Of a DNA stretch of 64,000 nt, positions 12,235 to 24,668 are shown piece by piece; position 1 is the first letter of the stretch; every line of letters begins with the position of its first letter. This DNA comes from Hydrolagus colliei (Eukaryota): NCBI GenBank assembly GCA_035084275.1, contig CM068749.1, forward strand, positions 15,686,001 to 15,750,000, written 5' to 3'. The position numbers were made by a program, and so were the translations under genes. A model generated the notes under the pieces. It saw only the letters and a program-made list of their open reading frames with translations. It was not told the origin of the DNA and did no database searches.

Positions 12235-15019
12235 TTATTTTTCCTGTATGTCACAATGACTGTAGATTTTCTTCTGTATCTTGGCCTAATATTTGATGTC
12301 TATTACATGCAGTACAATGGTTTCCAGAATGTGTTATGTATAACTAAATCACCAAGACTGCATTGTATGAATGTTAATATAGACTGAAAAACTGGTCACC
12401 ATTCAAATTCTTAAGGTATTAAGTTTCCATATGGTTATTAAGTACCATATAATGTAGTTTAATTTTGCTAATTAATACCAGACACATTACTATTAATCGC
12501 TGTTTGATTTTTTTTCTTCGATTCAGTTCAGTAGTCTTTTAAAATGTATGTCTTGGAATATTCTCTGATAATTATAAAGCTTCAACTTTGAACAAGGCTA
12601 TATTTGTTCCTTGCAACAATATGCAATTTGGGAACATACTAAGTAGATAATTGACCCCTAGTTGACATGGGTAAAAGTGATGGTGCACAAACTTGATTTA
12701 AACACACTTGTCATAGAAAGCGTACCCCTTCTATGGGTATTGTGTAATAACACTGTCCTGATATTTGAGTACAGTGGTTTATTACTGTGATTTTAGTATA
12801 TGTTTCAGCATCAGAATGTGTGACCTAAAAATGTACAAAGCCACTCATCTCACCAAGCCTGGAATGAGGCTCCATGGGCTTATGAGCAGTCCAAGGGTTA
12901 AAGGATAATTGATGTGATTTTAACTATCTTCAAGTAACTGCCTTGCCTGAGGTACACAATATTTGAATTGTTTCCTCCAGTACTGTAAGATCACTATTAA
13001 ATTCAACAATGATCAGATTACATTATTTATGCCTTTCATTATTTTAAAGTCTTAGACCAAACTCCTTCCCATTTTTCCCTTGTTGAATGCTGACAAGTTA
13101 ATTTATGGGGATATAAACCGATCTAACGACTAAGTAAGGCTGTTCCTTGGAATAATCTCAAAAAAGTGTATGCAAAATGTATATACAGTACATTGAAATA
13201 GGTACATATGTGTACAGTATTAGTATATAATCTTTGACAGTCTGCAAATTAAATCAGGTTTCAGTTGCTCTGAAAATAATTTTTGATTTGTCTGAATCCT
13301 GAACAAAGTGATTTAAGATAAAGGTGTGTTAAATATGGATGTTGTAAACTGAGAAGTTTGTGCTGTGACGAAGAAAGCTGGAAACACTTTTAGTATTGAT
13401 TCATACAATTTATTTTCTTTAGTGTACAATATATTAATGCTCCATGAAATGGAATTACAGTAACAGCTGCTTTCCTTTCCTGCTGAAGATGCCTTCGTAA
13501 ATTTTCATCCAGAATGAATGAGTTAAACAAAAAAACAAATTTCACAATATCCTTGAACATATGAAAATGAACAGATGAAGAGTTATAATACAATAATGTT
13601 TGATGAATGATTGACCCAAAGATAATCAGTGTCAAGAAGGCAGCAAATGCAACCACAGAGTGATAGCCTATAATCTGACATTGTCAGTCTATTTCCTTCT
13701 GTGTCAAAATGAAAATATTTTCTTGTGTGTCAATCCCTTCCCAATTGTTGTTCATGAACTGCTTCTTGACATGTGAATAACTGATGAAGTTTCAATCATT
13801 CTCGGCCATGACAGATCTTAGAGCTGAAAAGCTCATCACTGATTTCTGCCATGGAGCTGCAAGTGCTACAAAACCACACAGCAGGAATGTTCACTGATTT
13901 CAGGACATGTGAAAAAATTGGAGCAACGCACAACAATCACTCCACAACTTGTTGAATTCACTTTCCAGAACACGCTGATACCCTGAAACATGAAATTACG
14001 TTGAAGGCATGCAAAGCTAAAGACTGTATCACCCCAACAGCTAACAAAAAAGCTATCGGAAGTGCTGATCAGACTTGCTTATGATTTAACCATATTTCAG
14101 ATTTTTTTTAAAAAAACATCAGCTATAGTTTAAATAAATTGAACATCAGATGATTCTTTAACAACCAATATTTCATTACTAAGATAATCAGGCCAGTTTC
14201 CTTTTTCTAAACAAAAAGACAACTTAATAGAAGGCTGAAAAAGTATATTGGTGCTCGGTTGTTAAGTGTCTGTCTTGTATTTTGCAGTTAATTGGTGTGT
14301 AGGTGTTAGACTTTAGCATTTCAATCCTGATCACGCTTCGCGAGTCCACGACTCCAAATGGAAAATGCCCCATGAGGCAGATACACATGAGTGAATGTGT
14401 TGCATGTGTTTGCACAGACATAAAGAAAGGCCTTTATTAAATCAACTACAGGGGTAGAGCAAGATTGCATGAGTAAGTCTGATTGTTTGCAGACTTATAT
14501 TAACTCCTGATTGAATATGCTGTCAATTGAAGTACATACTATAATTTTAAACTGCAAGATTTTAAAAAATTCTCTGTGTACACGTATCAACATTCATAAT
14601 AACATTTTGTTTACCTCCAAGTGTATATTAATTTATTTTTTAGTGCTAGAGATAAGAATGGAAAGAAAATGACCATTATTTTATTTTCAGTTTGGAGTGC
14701 TTCCAACTCTTCAATAGCTAACCGTCAAAGTCAATTTCCTTGTACTGTTTCCCCTCATTTTCCAACGTTTTACAAGTGTAATCCATGCACTAAATAAAAT
14801 AATTTTAACGTGAGTGGGAATACTTTGATACACCATTGGTTTATGTTTCATTAAACAGGTTATTCTGGCAATTCATGAATGCTAAATAACAAATGGAAGT
14901 TAGAATTAAAAAAAGAGGGATCAGTAAATCAAAAATCAACATTCATTTAACTTACAGGTATAAAGCCAGTTCAGTTCAGACTAAAACTGTATGGCAGAGA
15001 TCTGTAATTATTCTTTGTT

Positions 15020-15053
15020 GGGGTGGGGGTGGTGGGGTGGGGGTGGAGGGTGG
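15020..15053 (+). repeat. G-rich tract, potential G-quadruplex
   Basis: Five runs of three or more G separated by 1-4 nt. Confidence 0.6.
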
Positions 15054-15623
15054 TTAGAAGATGTAAAACAATATTTCATATCTCCTCACTAGCCCCCCTG
15101 AAGGACAATTTGATGTATTTGCATTTACATTGGGACTTTTAGTTTGAGACTGTTTGACTTCCAAAGATCTATTGGAATTGCTTAGGTTACAATGGGTTCA
15201 TTGGGGATATGGTCAATTTGCTAGAATTTAGATGACAATGTGTACTGCATCAATCCCAGGCTTACATGGATAACAAGGCAGCTAATTGAAGTAGTGCTAA
15301 TAGATATGAAATGGCAATTTTGCTCAAAATGAGGGGGTGAATTGTATTGACTTAATGTAAAAGTGGGTCCTTAAGTTCAAAATAATTTTATGCCAAGGAA
15401 ATTAATAGCATCATTAAAGTGTGCATATAGAGATTCCAATTAACCTTTTGTTTACGTTCAACGCTTTATTCCCTGTCAAAAATCTTTTACTTTAATCGTA
15501 ACATGAGATATGCTGGTTTGAAGCTATTGAAAAGAGATTCAGAAAAGTACCAACTGTGGTTCTCTCATTGTCATTACAAACTATCATAAGGGATGCAAAA
15601 CCATTTGTCAATTGTTTAAAATT

Positions 15624-15946
15624 CAACAACAACAACAAAATTACACTTGTATAACACCTTTCATGTCAGAAGGACGTTCCAAGGCTCTGCACAGACATTG
15701 TTTAAGACCTGAACTGGGGTTAGCAACAGGGAGGGTGGAAGGAAAGGTGGGATTTGGGATGACCGATGGGATTGTCGAAGAAGAGGGTCTTGAGGCAGGA
15801 CTTGAAGGATGCCAGGGAGGGGGCGAGGTGGTTCGGGGGACGTGGAGCAGGCCGGAGTCTGCTGAACGGAGGAACGGGCAGGTTGATAGTGGGTTAGGAG
15901 GTCGCAGATGTAGAGTGAGGCAGTGGATGGCTTTGAATGTGAATTC
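15624..15946 (-). mobile_element. L2 LINE 3' end, internally deleted
   Basis: Minus ORF contains FKAIHCL...LRSADSGLLHVPRT (L2 ORF2 C-terminus); tail (CAA)n plus stem-loop. Confidence 0.9.
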
Positions 15947-16375
15947 CTCCCCAAGAAAATGCTCTAAGGAATGCAGGGAATAAAGCATTGAAATTGAACA
16001 GAGGAAAGGAATATGTGGTTTGGATAGGGTAATTCATGAGGGTGCTATGATCCTTTAACTTTTCTGAAAGAGCCATCTGTAGGGTTGTAGACAATACGAT
16101 TACGTCTCCTTTATGGCATTTTGAGTTTCAACTGTACAGTAAATGGGAATAAAGAAGTGCCAACTTTCAACCATATAATACTCCTAATGTTCAGTACTTA
16201 GTACAGTACAATCAAAGGTTAAAGCTATTCAATACTTTATTTCAAGTGAGTTAGATAAATGTTACCTAATAACAAATAGACCATCTGAGATGTATAATTT
16301 TAGAGCTTTGGCCAGACAGACAGGAGGCTGCTATTTATTAACAACATGATGTTAGGATCCGCCAAACTGTTTCAT

Positions 16376-16430
16376 GCGCTCCAAGACACTATCCTACATG
16401 AAAGGCACAATGTAAATGCTAGTTGCTGTT
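16376..16430 (+). mobile_element. Old L2-type 3' tail
   Basis: GCGC...ACATGAAAGGCACAATGTAAATGCTAGTTGCTGTT. Confidence 0.5.
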
Positions 16431-17744
16431 TTTAATTTTCAAAAAATATCAAATAGCATAACAGGCAACGGGAAAGAAGAAGCTTCAGCAGACGCCTCAT
16501 GCAATTTGACCTTCGTTATTACTGGCAGTACAGAAAGACTTCGATAAATTATATTGGGTATCAATTGGTAGGTTACAAAGGTTCCACAATATAATACAAG
16601 CAGTGTCTATGATCTGGGCATATTGGTCTATATACTCATGGGAGCACTGGTCTCGTGACAATGCACATGATTTAAAAAAAATCAGGGATCACATCTACCG
16701 TTGGGAATTGCATTGACAGCTTTTCTGTTTGATGGCAAGAATCAATTTGGAAAGAAGGTGAAGGAAGCTATCTTTAAAGGCCAGCAGAATCACTGAGCCA
16801 GCAAGGAAATTCCTGGTCTATGCTTCAAGAAGGGCTACAGAAAGCCATAGCTCCATCAATTATAGAGACCCTGGATTTCATTGAAAAAGCCATTTCATAA
16901 CATAAAAAGCTCATCTAGTCAGAATAGAATAGAATAGAATATCTAGTGCTGCCGCTCTTCAATTACGTTAATGGTACCTATTAAAATTTCCAGTTTTTCT
17001 GTGCATTCACCTCTTGTAATAGTCTAGTTACAGTTATAGCAGTTGAAGTCCGTATCCCACACAATCTTGGAAACCCCTGCTTATGCTCATCAACCTGCCC
17101 GAGTGGTTAACAATTCCGCTTATCAGAATTTACATGGTCAAGTGTCATGTCATCTCTTTGAGAATCTAGATGCAATACACAGAAGTTTCTTAATTGGCTA
17201 AAGCAAGATACAAAACTTAGTTGTAGAAAGCATACAAAATTAATATCATGACATGCACTATATATTACAATATCCATTCAAAATTACATAACAGGTAATT
17301 TACCTATTTAAATTGTTCTTTGTTTGTCCTTTTAAAAACTACTGGTCCAAGTCTAAATTGACTGAAATCAGGTAACTTAGGTGTGGAGATGAGGAAGAAA
17401 GTGTTCATTCCATTCTAGACAAATGGAAATATCTAAGTAAACAAATGTGGAACTCTGTCCATGGTGATGGGTCATACACCCATCTGACCCAAAAAAATTC
17501 TAAATTAATTTCTTTTTTAAATCTGCACAAATAGTTTTCTCATCCTTTGCATAGATTCGTGTTCTTGAGTTGAAACCTCTTTTTTATGTGCAAATTTGAA
17601 TAGCAAAGAAAAACCTCTTTTTTATGTACATATACTCTGTTGACTGAGTGACGTGCCTGTCCTAAAATTGCCTTTTTTAAAAAATAAAACTGATACACTA
17701 ACTGTACACAAAGTTTATTTTAATAACTTAATTGGTTATCATCC

Positions 17745-17805
17745 CTCCCCCAAAAAAATTGGTAATTTCAATCCACAACTGTTTGTGAGACACTGCTGTG
17801 CGCAA
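17745..17805 (+). mobile_element. SINE family A internal fragment
   Basis: CAAAAAAATTGGTAATTTCAATCCACAACTGTTTGTGAGACACTGCTGTGCGCAA matches 241-295. Confidence 0.75.
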
Positions 17806-18099
17806 AAACTAATGGTTTTAACCCCGGTCCTGAAAACAACCACCAAGTGGTGCATTGGGTATATTGCCAACAAATTCTACTCTCGGGTCAAGAACAGAGT
17901 CACAGTCCCAATGTGTTAGTAAAGAATTGTATTTCCAGTGATTTATTGGTCTCAGGATACCAACAAGGCTATCTTTCCATTATTCATAAAGCTAGTTAAG
18001 TGTACTTCCTGTTTTCTATCACAACTCCTAATATTTTGTTGCAATCAGAACTGTATTCAATACTTTAAATGTGAGCAGAACATTATGTGGTTGGAGCGT

Positions 18100-18331
18100 G
18101 ACATCTGGGAATCTGATTTGGTAAATGCACTACCTGAAAGGGAGGTGCATGCCAATTTCATTAAAAAATGTAAGAGAGAAGTAGCTGATCATTTGGGGAG
18201 AACACGTTTGTTGGGCTATGAGGAAAGAGTGAGAGAGTGGAGTTAATTTGTATAGCTCTTTTCAAAGAGCCAGCACAGAACAATGGGCCTTATGGCCTCC
18301 TTCTGTTCTGCATAATTCTATGATTCTATGA
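18100..18331 (+). mobile_element. CR1 LINE 3' end
   Basis: NALPEREV...KREVADHL...LLGYEERVREWS* resembles the CR1 ORF2 end; 3'UTR with AAAGAGCCAGCACAG...GGCCTCCTTCTG and an (ATTCTATG)2 tail. Confidence 0.88.
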
Positions 18332-18399
18332 AATGTCATTCAGCATCCTGTTTATCTGGTTTGTTGTGGCCTTGTGCAGTTTGAAGATGGTGAGCAGCA

Positions 18400-18715
18400 A
18401 GTTAACTAACATTTCTAACTTTCATTCCCTTTTCGCCTTTGGAAGATCATTCCACGGAGTGGCACTGTGCCTCCCAATTTTACTTCCTATTTACTGTAGT
18501 TTGAATTTATTTCTATTGAATTTTGTGTATCAATGACTAGCCCAACTAATACCCTGTTGAACTCTTTTGTAAGATCTTCGCTGTCTCCTCGCATTCCATA
18601 GTGGTGCCAGCTTCGTGTCGTCTGCAGATTTAACTAACATGCACTCAGTCTGCGAATCAATGACTTTTTCTGTATTCCAGAGACGGAAGAATCCCCTGCA
18701 TAAACTCCTGACACA
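18400..18715 (-). mobile_element. CR1 LINE reverse-transcriptase fragment
   Basis: Minus frame reads DSQTECMLVKSADDTKLA, a decayed KFADDTKLG RT catalytic motif. Confidence 0.75.
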
Positions 18716-18963
18716 TTCAATTAAATAATTATCTGTTTGTCAGCCTAGTTCCCTTCATGATTCTCCTCTGCTTCAGTCCCTTTAGCAAGTTTAAATACAC
18801 TTTCACACCTTACCAACACACTCAGTGATATTGGTGTGTAAGGGTGTTTCCAATTCCACACAATGTTGTGGTATTAATGGAGAAATTAGGTGAATTATTC
18901 CCAGTTAAGTGAAGTCCTTCATTATCAAAGTGAAAGTGCATCTCCATATATTAGAAAGCTTAT

Positions 18964-19052
18964 CCCAGGTAGCAAGCCCATGTGGGGCCCATATGGGCAT
19001 GGATCCAACCCAATTTGTCCCATATGGGGCCCATATGGGCTTGCTACCTGGG
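18964..19052. mobile_element. 89-bp palindromic MITE with CCCAG termini and 2-bp AT TSD
   Basis: About 34-bp TIRs with 2 mismatches (CCCAGGTAGCAAGCCCAT...ATGGGCTTGCTACCTGGG), flanked by AT on both sides. Confidence 0.85.
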
Positions 19053-19085
19053 ATCCTGTAAACTCTAGTCTTTGTCTGTGTCAAT

Positions 19086-19088
<3 letters not shown>

Positions 19089-19120
<32 letters not shown>
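19089..19120. repeat. (TA)n microsatellite
   Basis: Pure TA run of about 16 units. Confidence 0.95.
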
Positions 19121-19123
<3 letters not shown>

Positions 19124-21379
19124 CATTGAAGCATTCTGCTGATGTTTTATATCTGTCCTTGTGGTAATTTTGAAGCGGTTCCCAATGCAATGAAGATAAT
19201 GGCTGGTTGTTACACCAATTGGCATTTCATGCCCGGGTTTGACATGGTGCAGTTGTAATGCAAGTGGATTAAAAATGTCAATTAAGACCATTTATGAAGT
19301 GGATCCAATTAATTTTAGCCCAGCTGCAATTTCTGAATTCCTTTGTGGAATATTAATTTAGCTTTACGTAAATCCAACTCAGGCCAGGAATGAAATTTAA
19401 CTGAAGATGAAAAGTCAATCCGAGAAAGTCCTCTTTTATTATCACACAATATATGCAATTTGAAATAAGTGATCATGTTACAATGCATCATGCATTATAC
19501 TTAAATACATCCTTATTGAATCAGTACATGTGCAACATTTTTACAGTGACAACAATTTCCTTTTTGTAAATGGCAGGACATCCTTCTTGTCCTGCCAAAA
19601 AACAACCTCATATATCTACGTCCGTCACCTTTGAGGGTGTCACGTTGTTTCACTGATTTATTAAAAGCCAAACCCAATCTTTTCCATCCTTCTTGACTTG
19701 CATACAAATAAGTGATATCTTTTGGATGTGATAGATTAATGATGAGATTACTTGGGGGCATATTCCAATATTTACAAAGTGCAGCCTAATTTGACTGCCA
19801 ATATCTGAAACCAAACAGAACATAGTTTATACAAAACTAGAATTTATCAAAAACAATTTGAGATTCACAATAAGGTCGATAGGCTTTCAGCACAACTGTA
19901 ATACAATGAAGATGCAAATAAGTGTCCATCTATGTCGTATTGATTGAAGCAAACTATCTGTAATTTGCTTTAAATGCAAGTAACACATTTTTGCACCTCA
20001 TGGTAAGGATGTTTGGGTGTCTAAGAGGTAAGGAGTGGCTGAAATTAAAGATGCCCCATTAAAGATGCCTCTAGCAGGTTCTTAAAATTCTACTTCAGTT
20101 GAATTCTACTCCAGCTAAAAAGCAGCAATTGGAATATTCTTGCTTTGTCAGTAATTGTGCCAAGTTAACATCAAGACCATGTCTAATAGGCCTTGGAATC
20201 TGAACGACAAATTTTCACCCCCGATGATCTTTATGTCAATGTAATACAGCATAGTAATATAAGAGTTTAATTATGCATTAAGCCTCATAGATGAGGTGTG
20301 CACTTTGTTCCAAGGTGCGTAACTTGTATGTTGTTGTAACTGAGCTGCTTTGATCTCAAGAGTAGCTCAACCTAAACACACAGAAACATGCAAACATCTT
20401 CTGTGCTAGAGGCATTCACTTTACTTCAATAGAGTAACTTTGTTTCCCCTCAATCTTGAAAGATATGAGATAACAGTGAAATTGCAATGGTAAAATTGCA
20501 GACTTGCCCCTTAAGGTTCTATAGATTTATTTGCAGATCTTGAGCTTTAAGATCCCTTGTCTCATGAAAAGAAAAGAGATTTTCTAGACACAGGCACCAT
20601 GTGGCTCATGCTGGATAAACTTAAAAGGACAGGCATGCTTTTTCATTTTGCTGGTTACATATTATGCCTTACACATTGCATTTGAGTAAAATATTCATTC
20701 TGAAAATGATCCCTTCAAAGCAAGTTTGAAACTATTGCTTTGTACATTAGAATTTTACAGCATTCACCTTCATTTATGTTTCATTGTTAATAGCTTATCT
20801 TTTAGAGCCTGGACCATATAGTGTTATGTTCCTTTTTGGTAGGAGTCAGCTGGGTGTCTACACATGTGAAAACCCATCACTATGCTTAAGAATATCCAAA
20901 CCAAAAGTTCCATGCATTCTACCTATGCATGGAAATTTCAGATTTGTTGGAATGAAATGTGCGCTCTCTCCCTGGAGGAACACATCCTTGTTTGAAGAGG
21001 TTTGAAGAGCCAAGGCGTGGGGAACCCAGAGTATGCATTAACTTCTGTGTAGTTTGACTAGCTAAAATCACATAGCTATCCATCTATACAATTTTAGTTG
21101 TAATTTTTGGACTCAATTTGGAAATGAGCTGATACTTTCAGCCAGTGTGAAAGAAAAGGCAGAGAGTAAAGTTCAAAACAACAGTTGTATTGATCATTGT
21201 TGGTAAAATATTTAACTTTAAATCTTGTTCAAATCAATTTTATCTAAATAAATGGGGATGTTTTTGCCTCATTTCTGCACAGTGTGAAGCATTTTCCTAA
21301 AATCAGCTGCCTGGAAAAATGCATTGTAAAGGAGATTAACATTTTGCTTGATTCTGTCCCAGTGTTCAGTTACAGTCCT

Positions 21380-21437
21380 ACAACAACAACTTGGATTTAT
21401 ATAGCGGCCTCCACGCTGGACGGCACCTCAGAGTGCA
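21380..21437 (-). mobile_element. L2-type 3' tail, variant B
   Basis: (ACA)n TTGGATTTATATAGCGGCCTCCACGCTGGACGGCACCTCAGAG, same family as 31266-31335. Confidence 0.75.
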
Positions 21438-21859
21438 GTGAGATGGATTAGTAATCTTTGTGTAAGGTTAAATTCACTGTCCACATAGACTGAATGTGCA
21501 CTCAACAATTGGAACATGTGAGGCAGTCATACTGCAGGATAAGATTGAACACATTTTGGGTTAGATCTTTACAGATCTCTGGTTTCAATTAGTCTTGAGG
21601 GAAACTTCTTTCTCTCTATATATATATATCAGAAAATAAAAACCAACTCACACTGTTTAAGTACAGTGGTACCACATGACTTTGTAGTAATTGCAGTAGC
21701 CTGCAATTGCAGCTCCCTGCCGGAGGCCATGAGTCAAGCTCAATTCATACGATTGGGCAATACCTGATTAAGTACTCGGGAATATATTCACAATCTCCGC
21801 TCTGCACGGTTGTCTTGCCGTCTCCCTTTAATTCATGGTCAAACATTGAAACTTCTGGG

Positions 21860-22158
21860 TTTTATCATAGAGTGGGTGAAATGGAATGGAACGCAGCAAA
21901 CGACATGGAGGTGGTGATGGAAAATGCGAAGATCAAAAACTGTCACACAACTGTCATACGTAACACAGGGAGGGAGAGAGGAAAATAAATGAGACCAACT
22001 CTGCTCGGTTTCAGAATGGAACTGGAACAAAATGACTGGAGAGGGTATGAAAGACAGAATTGAATTGGGATGGAAAGTGGATGAGAAAAGCATGGAATCT
22101 ATACAAAGCTGAATGGATTTGAGAAAGCAAATCTGATTGGACAAGTCAGCTGACAACC
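21860..22158 (-). mobile_element. Highly decayed L2-like ORF2 fragment
   Basis: Purine-rich plus strand; patchy similarity of the minus strand to the L2 post-RT region. Confidence 0.35.
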
Positions 22159-22734
22159 TTAGGTTATCAGTGTGAGTTTTCCCAAAGTTCTTTGGCTGTT
22201 ACTCAGTGGCTGATCACATCTGCAGTTGGTTGTAGGGGCAGCTTTGTGCTCGGTTATAATCAAAGCAGCCGTGATTCTGCAACCAAAAATACGAGTTTTT
22301 ATGTAAGATATGAACGATTGCTTTAAAAAAACAAAATCTCTGGACAAATGGGTCATGAAATAAAAATGATCAAGAAGTCATCGGAAAAGGTTAAAAGTGA
22401 TTCAATTATTAAGATAGGCCCAGCCCTTGTGTCCTTCCAGTGGGACGGTTGGTAACAGCTGGTTGGGAGTGAATTGCAAGTTAATTGCACCATTGTGATT
22501 TGAATTTGACCTCGTGAGCCATTCAGAAATATCTTCTTGTGCATGAAATTATATAAGTATTTTATAAGTCCTATTTACTTGTCATCTTCTGACGTGCATT
22601 GCCAAATAGCATCGGTGACAAGACCGTGCAGATGTAGATAGTGATCCTCTCTCTGCAGCACGTGTCTGACAAAATCTGGAGTGCTCATTGAATGAAGATG
22701 TCTTACTAGGTTTTCAAGCCCAATGACTTGACAT

Positions 22735-23128
22735 GACTTCCTCAGTTGGTAGAATTCTCACCAGTGAGTCAGAAATTTGTGGGTTTGAGCTGCATGTCAG
22801 GCTTTGAATGAACCCCAGGCTAGACTGACATTCCATTCCAATGCAGTGCTGCAGGTTTGCTGCGTTGTTAGTGATTCCACTGTTTGAATGAGGTGTTAAA
22901 CTGAGGTCCCATCTGCCTGTTCCAGGAGAGTTGAAAAATCTCACGGTGCTATTTGAAAAGCGGAGAGAGATTCTCCTGGTATCTTGGCCGACAATCCCTC
23001 AAATAAAATTTGACAACTTGCTTCAAGGCTGTTTCTGGGATATTCCTGTGTGCATGTTGGTTACTGTGTTTGCCTACACATGTGCAGTCACTACACTTTA
23101 CAGTAAAATTCTCTGAAGAGATTTGAGT
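22735..23128 (+). mobile_element. Deu-domain SINE (SacSINE1/AmnSINE1-related), near full length
   Basis: tRNA-like head CTCAGTTGGTAG...GAGTCAGAA, Deu core GTTAAACTGAGGTCCCATCTGCCTG...GCTATTTGAA, L2-type tail. Confidence 0.8.
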
Positions 23129-23987
23129 TGTCTTATAAATATGATAAATGGTAGGATGATCATCATCTGTGAACATGTATCAATTTCTGTAGGATTTCTT
23201 AAAATAAAAATGAGTCACTGTGATCTGTTTCTCAGATCGAGCAGCTGAGAAGATCCCATGGTCATGGATAATTAGGGAGAGTTATTGTTAATTCTTACCA
23301 TTTTTGAAGATATTTCCCTGAATTTAATTGATAGTTTCCGTACAGATTAAGTATCCAACCACAAGAATTAATTATGTAACATTAAAGAATGCAAATTACA
23401 AACCACTGTGGCATAAACAAGTCTAAGCTTGTCAATGACATGACTAATCATAAGGTACTACAGTTATTTTCAATATTAGACACCTTATAATTTGCTTTAT
23501 TTTGCTAAAATTGCATTGCACTTAATTGCATACTTCCTGCCCGCCCCCATCCAAAGCATCTTATGTTTTGCTGTAAAATACTCTGCTCATACTTGCCCAC
23601 AGAATTGTGCTCAGCAGTAAATCGGTTTTAAAAATAAAACGGAAATAGTATCAGGCAGCTGAATCTAAGACTGAGAACACAGGACAAAGGGCTGCAAGAT
23701 CCCCTTGGGTCCGGAGGTCTGCACTATGGCTAAAGAATATTTATAGGAGGAACAACTTGACACAAAAATAGAACACATAACTTCCATCAAAATGACTGAA
23801 GGAATATCATTATGAAAAGGAGACCTGTTCTTATGAAACTTTAACAACATATCCACCATTACATACATTCTGGGAGCTTTGAATTTTTTTACGGATTTGA
23901 AGAAAGCAATCGAACCAAGTTAGCAGTCACACAGTTCCTTTATGTTAGAATGCAGTATTTATATTGATAATGCTGATCCTTATTAAG

Positions 23988-24295
23988 AATAATAATCCTT
24001 GCATTTGATATAATGCGTTTCATGTCTTCTAGACGTCTCAAAGCGCTTCACAGAATATACCTTAAAGTGAATTGACTGTATATATTTGTGGGTGAAACCC
24101 GGCAGCCAATTACACACACCAGTGTCCCACCAGTCACAGATTGAAAATTACTAATTTTTTATTGTTTTTTTTGAGGGATTATTATTAGGAATGTGGAGTA
24201 AGGAAACTTGCCCAAGGTTTTGCCCTGCCTGGAATCGAACCCAGGTCTCTCGCTTATAACTCAACTGCTCTAATCACTGGCCTACAGGATTCCAC
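23988..24295 (-). mobile_element. SINE family A, full length
   Basis: B box GGTTCGATTCC on the minus strand, complete body and (TTA)n tail. Confidence 0.93.
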
Positions 24296-24449
24296 TCTTG
24301 TTTTTGATCTTGTGCCTTATCACAACATCAAAATGTCCAAGTTAGAATTCGTGACGATTTTAATAAACTGCTTCTGCAGAAACTGTTGTGTGCGAGCCAT
24401 AGGTTTAGCTCAGTACAAATCTGTGTTTGATAACGTAGGGTTAGAACTT

Positions 24450-24668
24450 CAGGAGAAACTCCCTCCGCTTCTCAAATAGTGCCGTGGGATCTTCATCATC
24501 CATCTAAACAGACAAACCTGACCTCGGATATTTCATCCAAAAGACTGCATCAGTGACAATGCAGCGCTCCTTCTGACACTGCATTGGAATGTCAGATGAA
24601 ATTTTGAGTTCAAAGTCCCAATATGGAAAATTTGAATCTCAATACCTTCTGAATCAGAGGTGAGACTG
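24450..24668 (-). mobile_element. Deu-domain SINE 5' half
   Basis: AATAGTGCCGTGGGATCTT...CACTGCATTGGAATGTCAG...CTTCTGAATCAGAGG matches 26430-26605. Confidence 0.8.

Noticed and set aside
15612-15988. Three overlapping ORFs of 97-123 aa
   Set aside because: All fall within the L2 fragment; they are transposon remnants, not host genes.
17572-17628. Short direct repeats with spacers (also near 26731, 52352 and 58861)
   Set aside because: Only two units each; these are local slippage duplications in a eukaryotic genome, not a CRISPR-like array.
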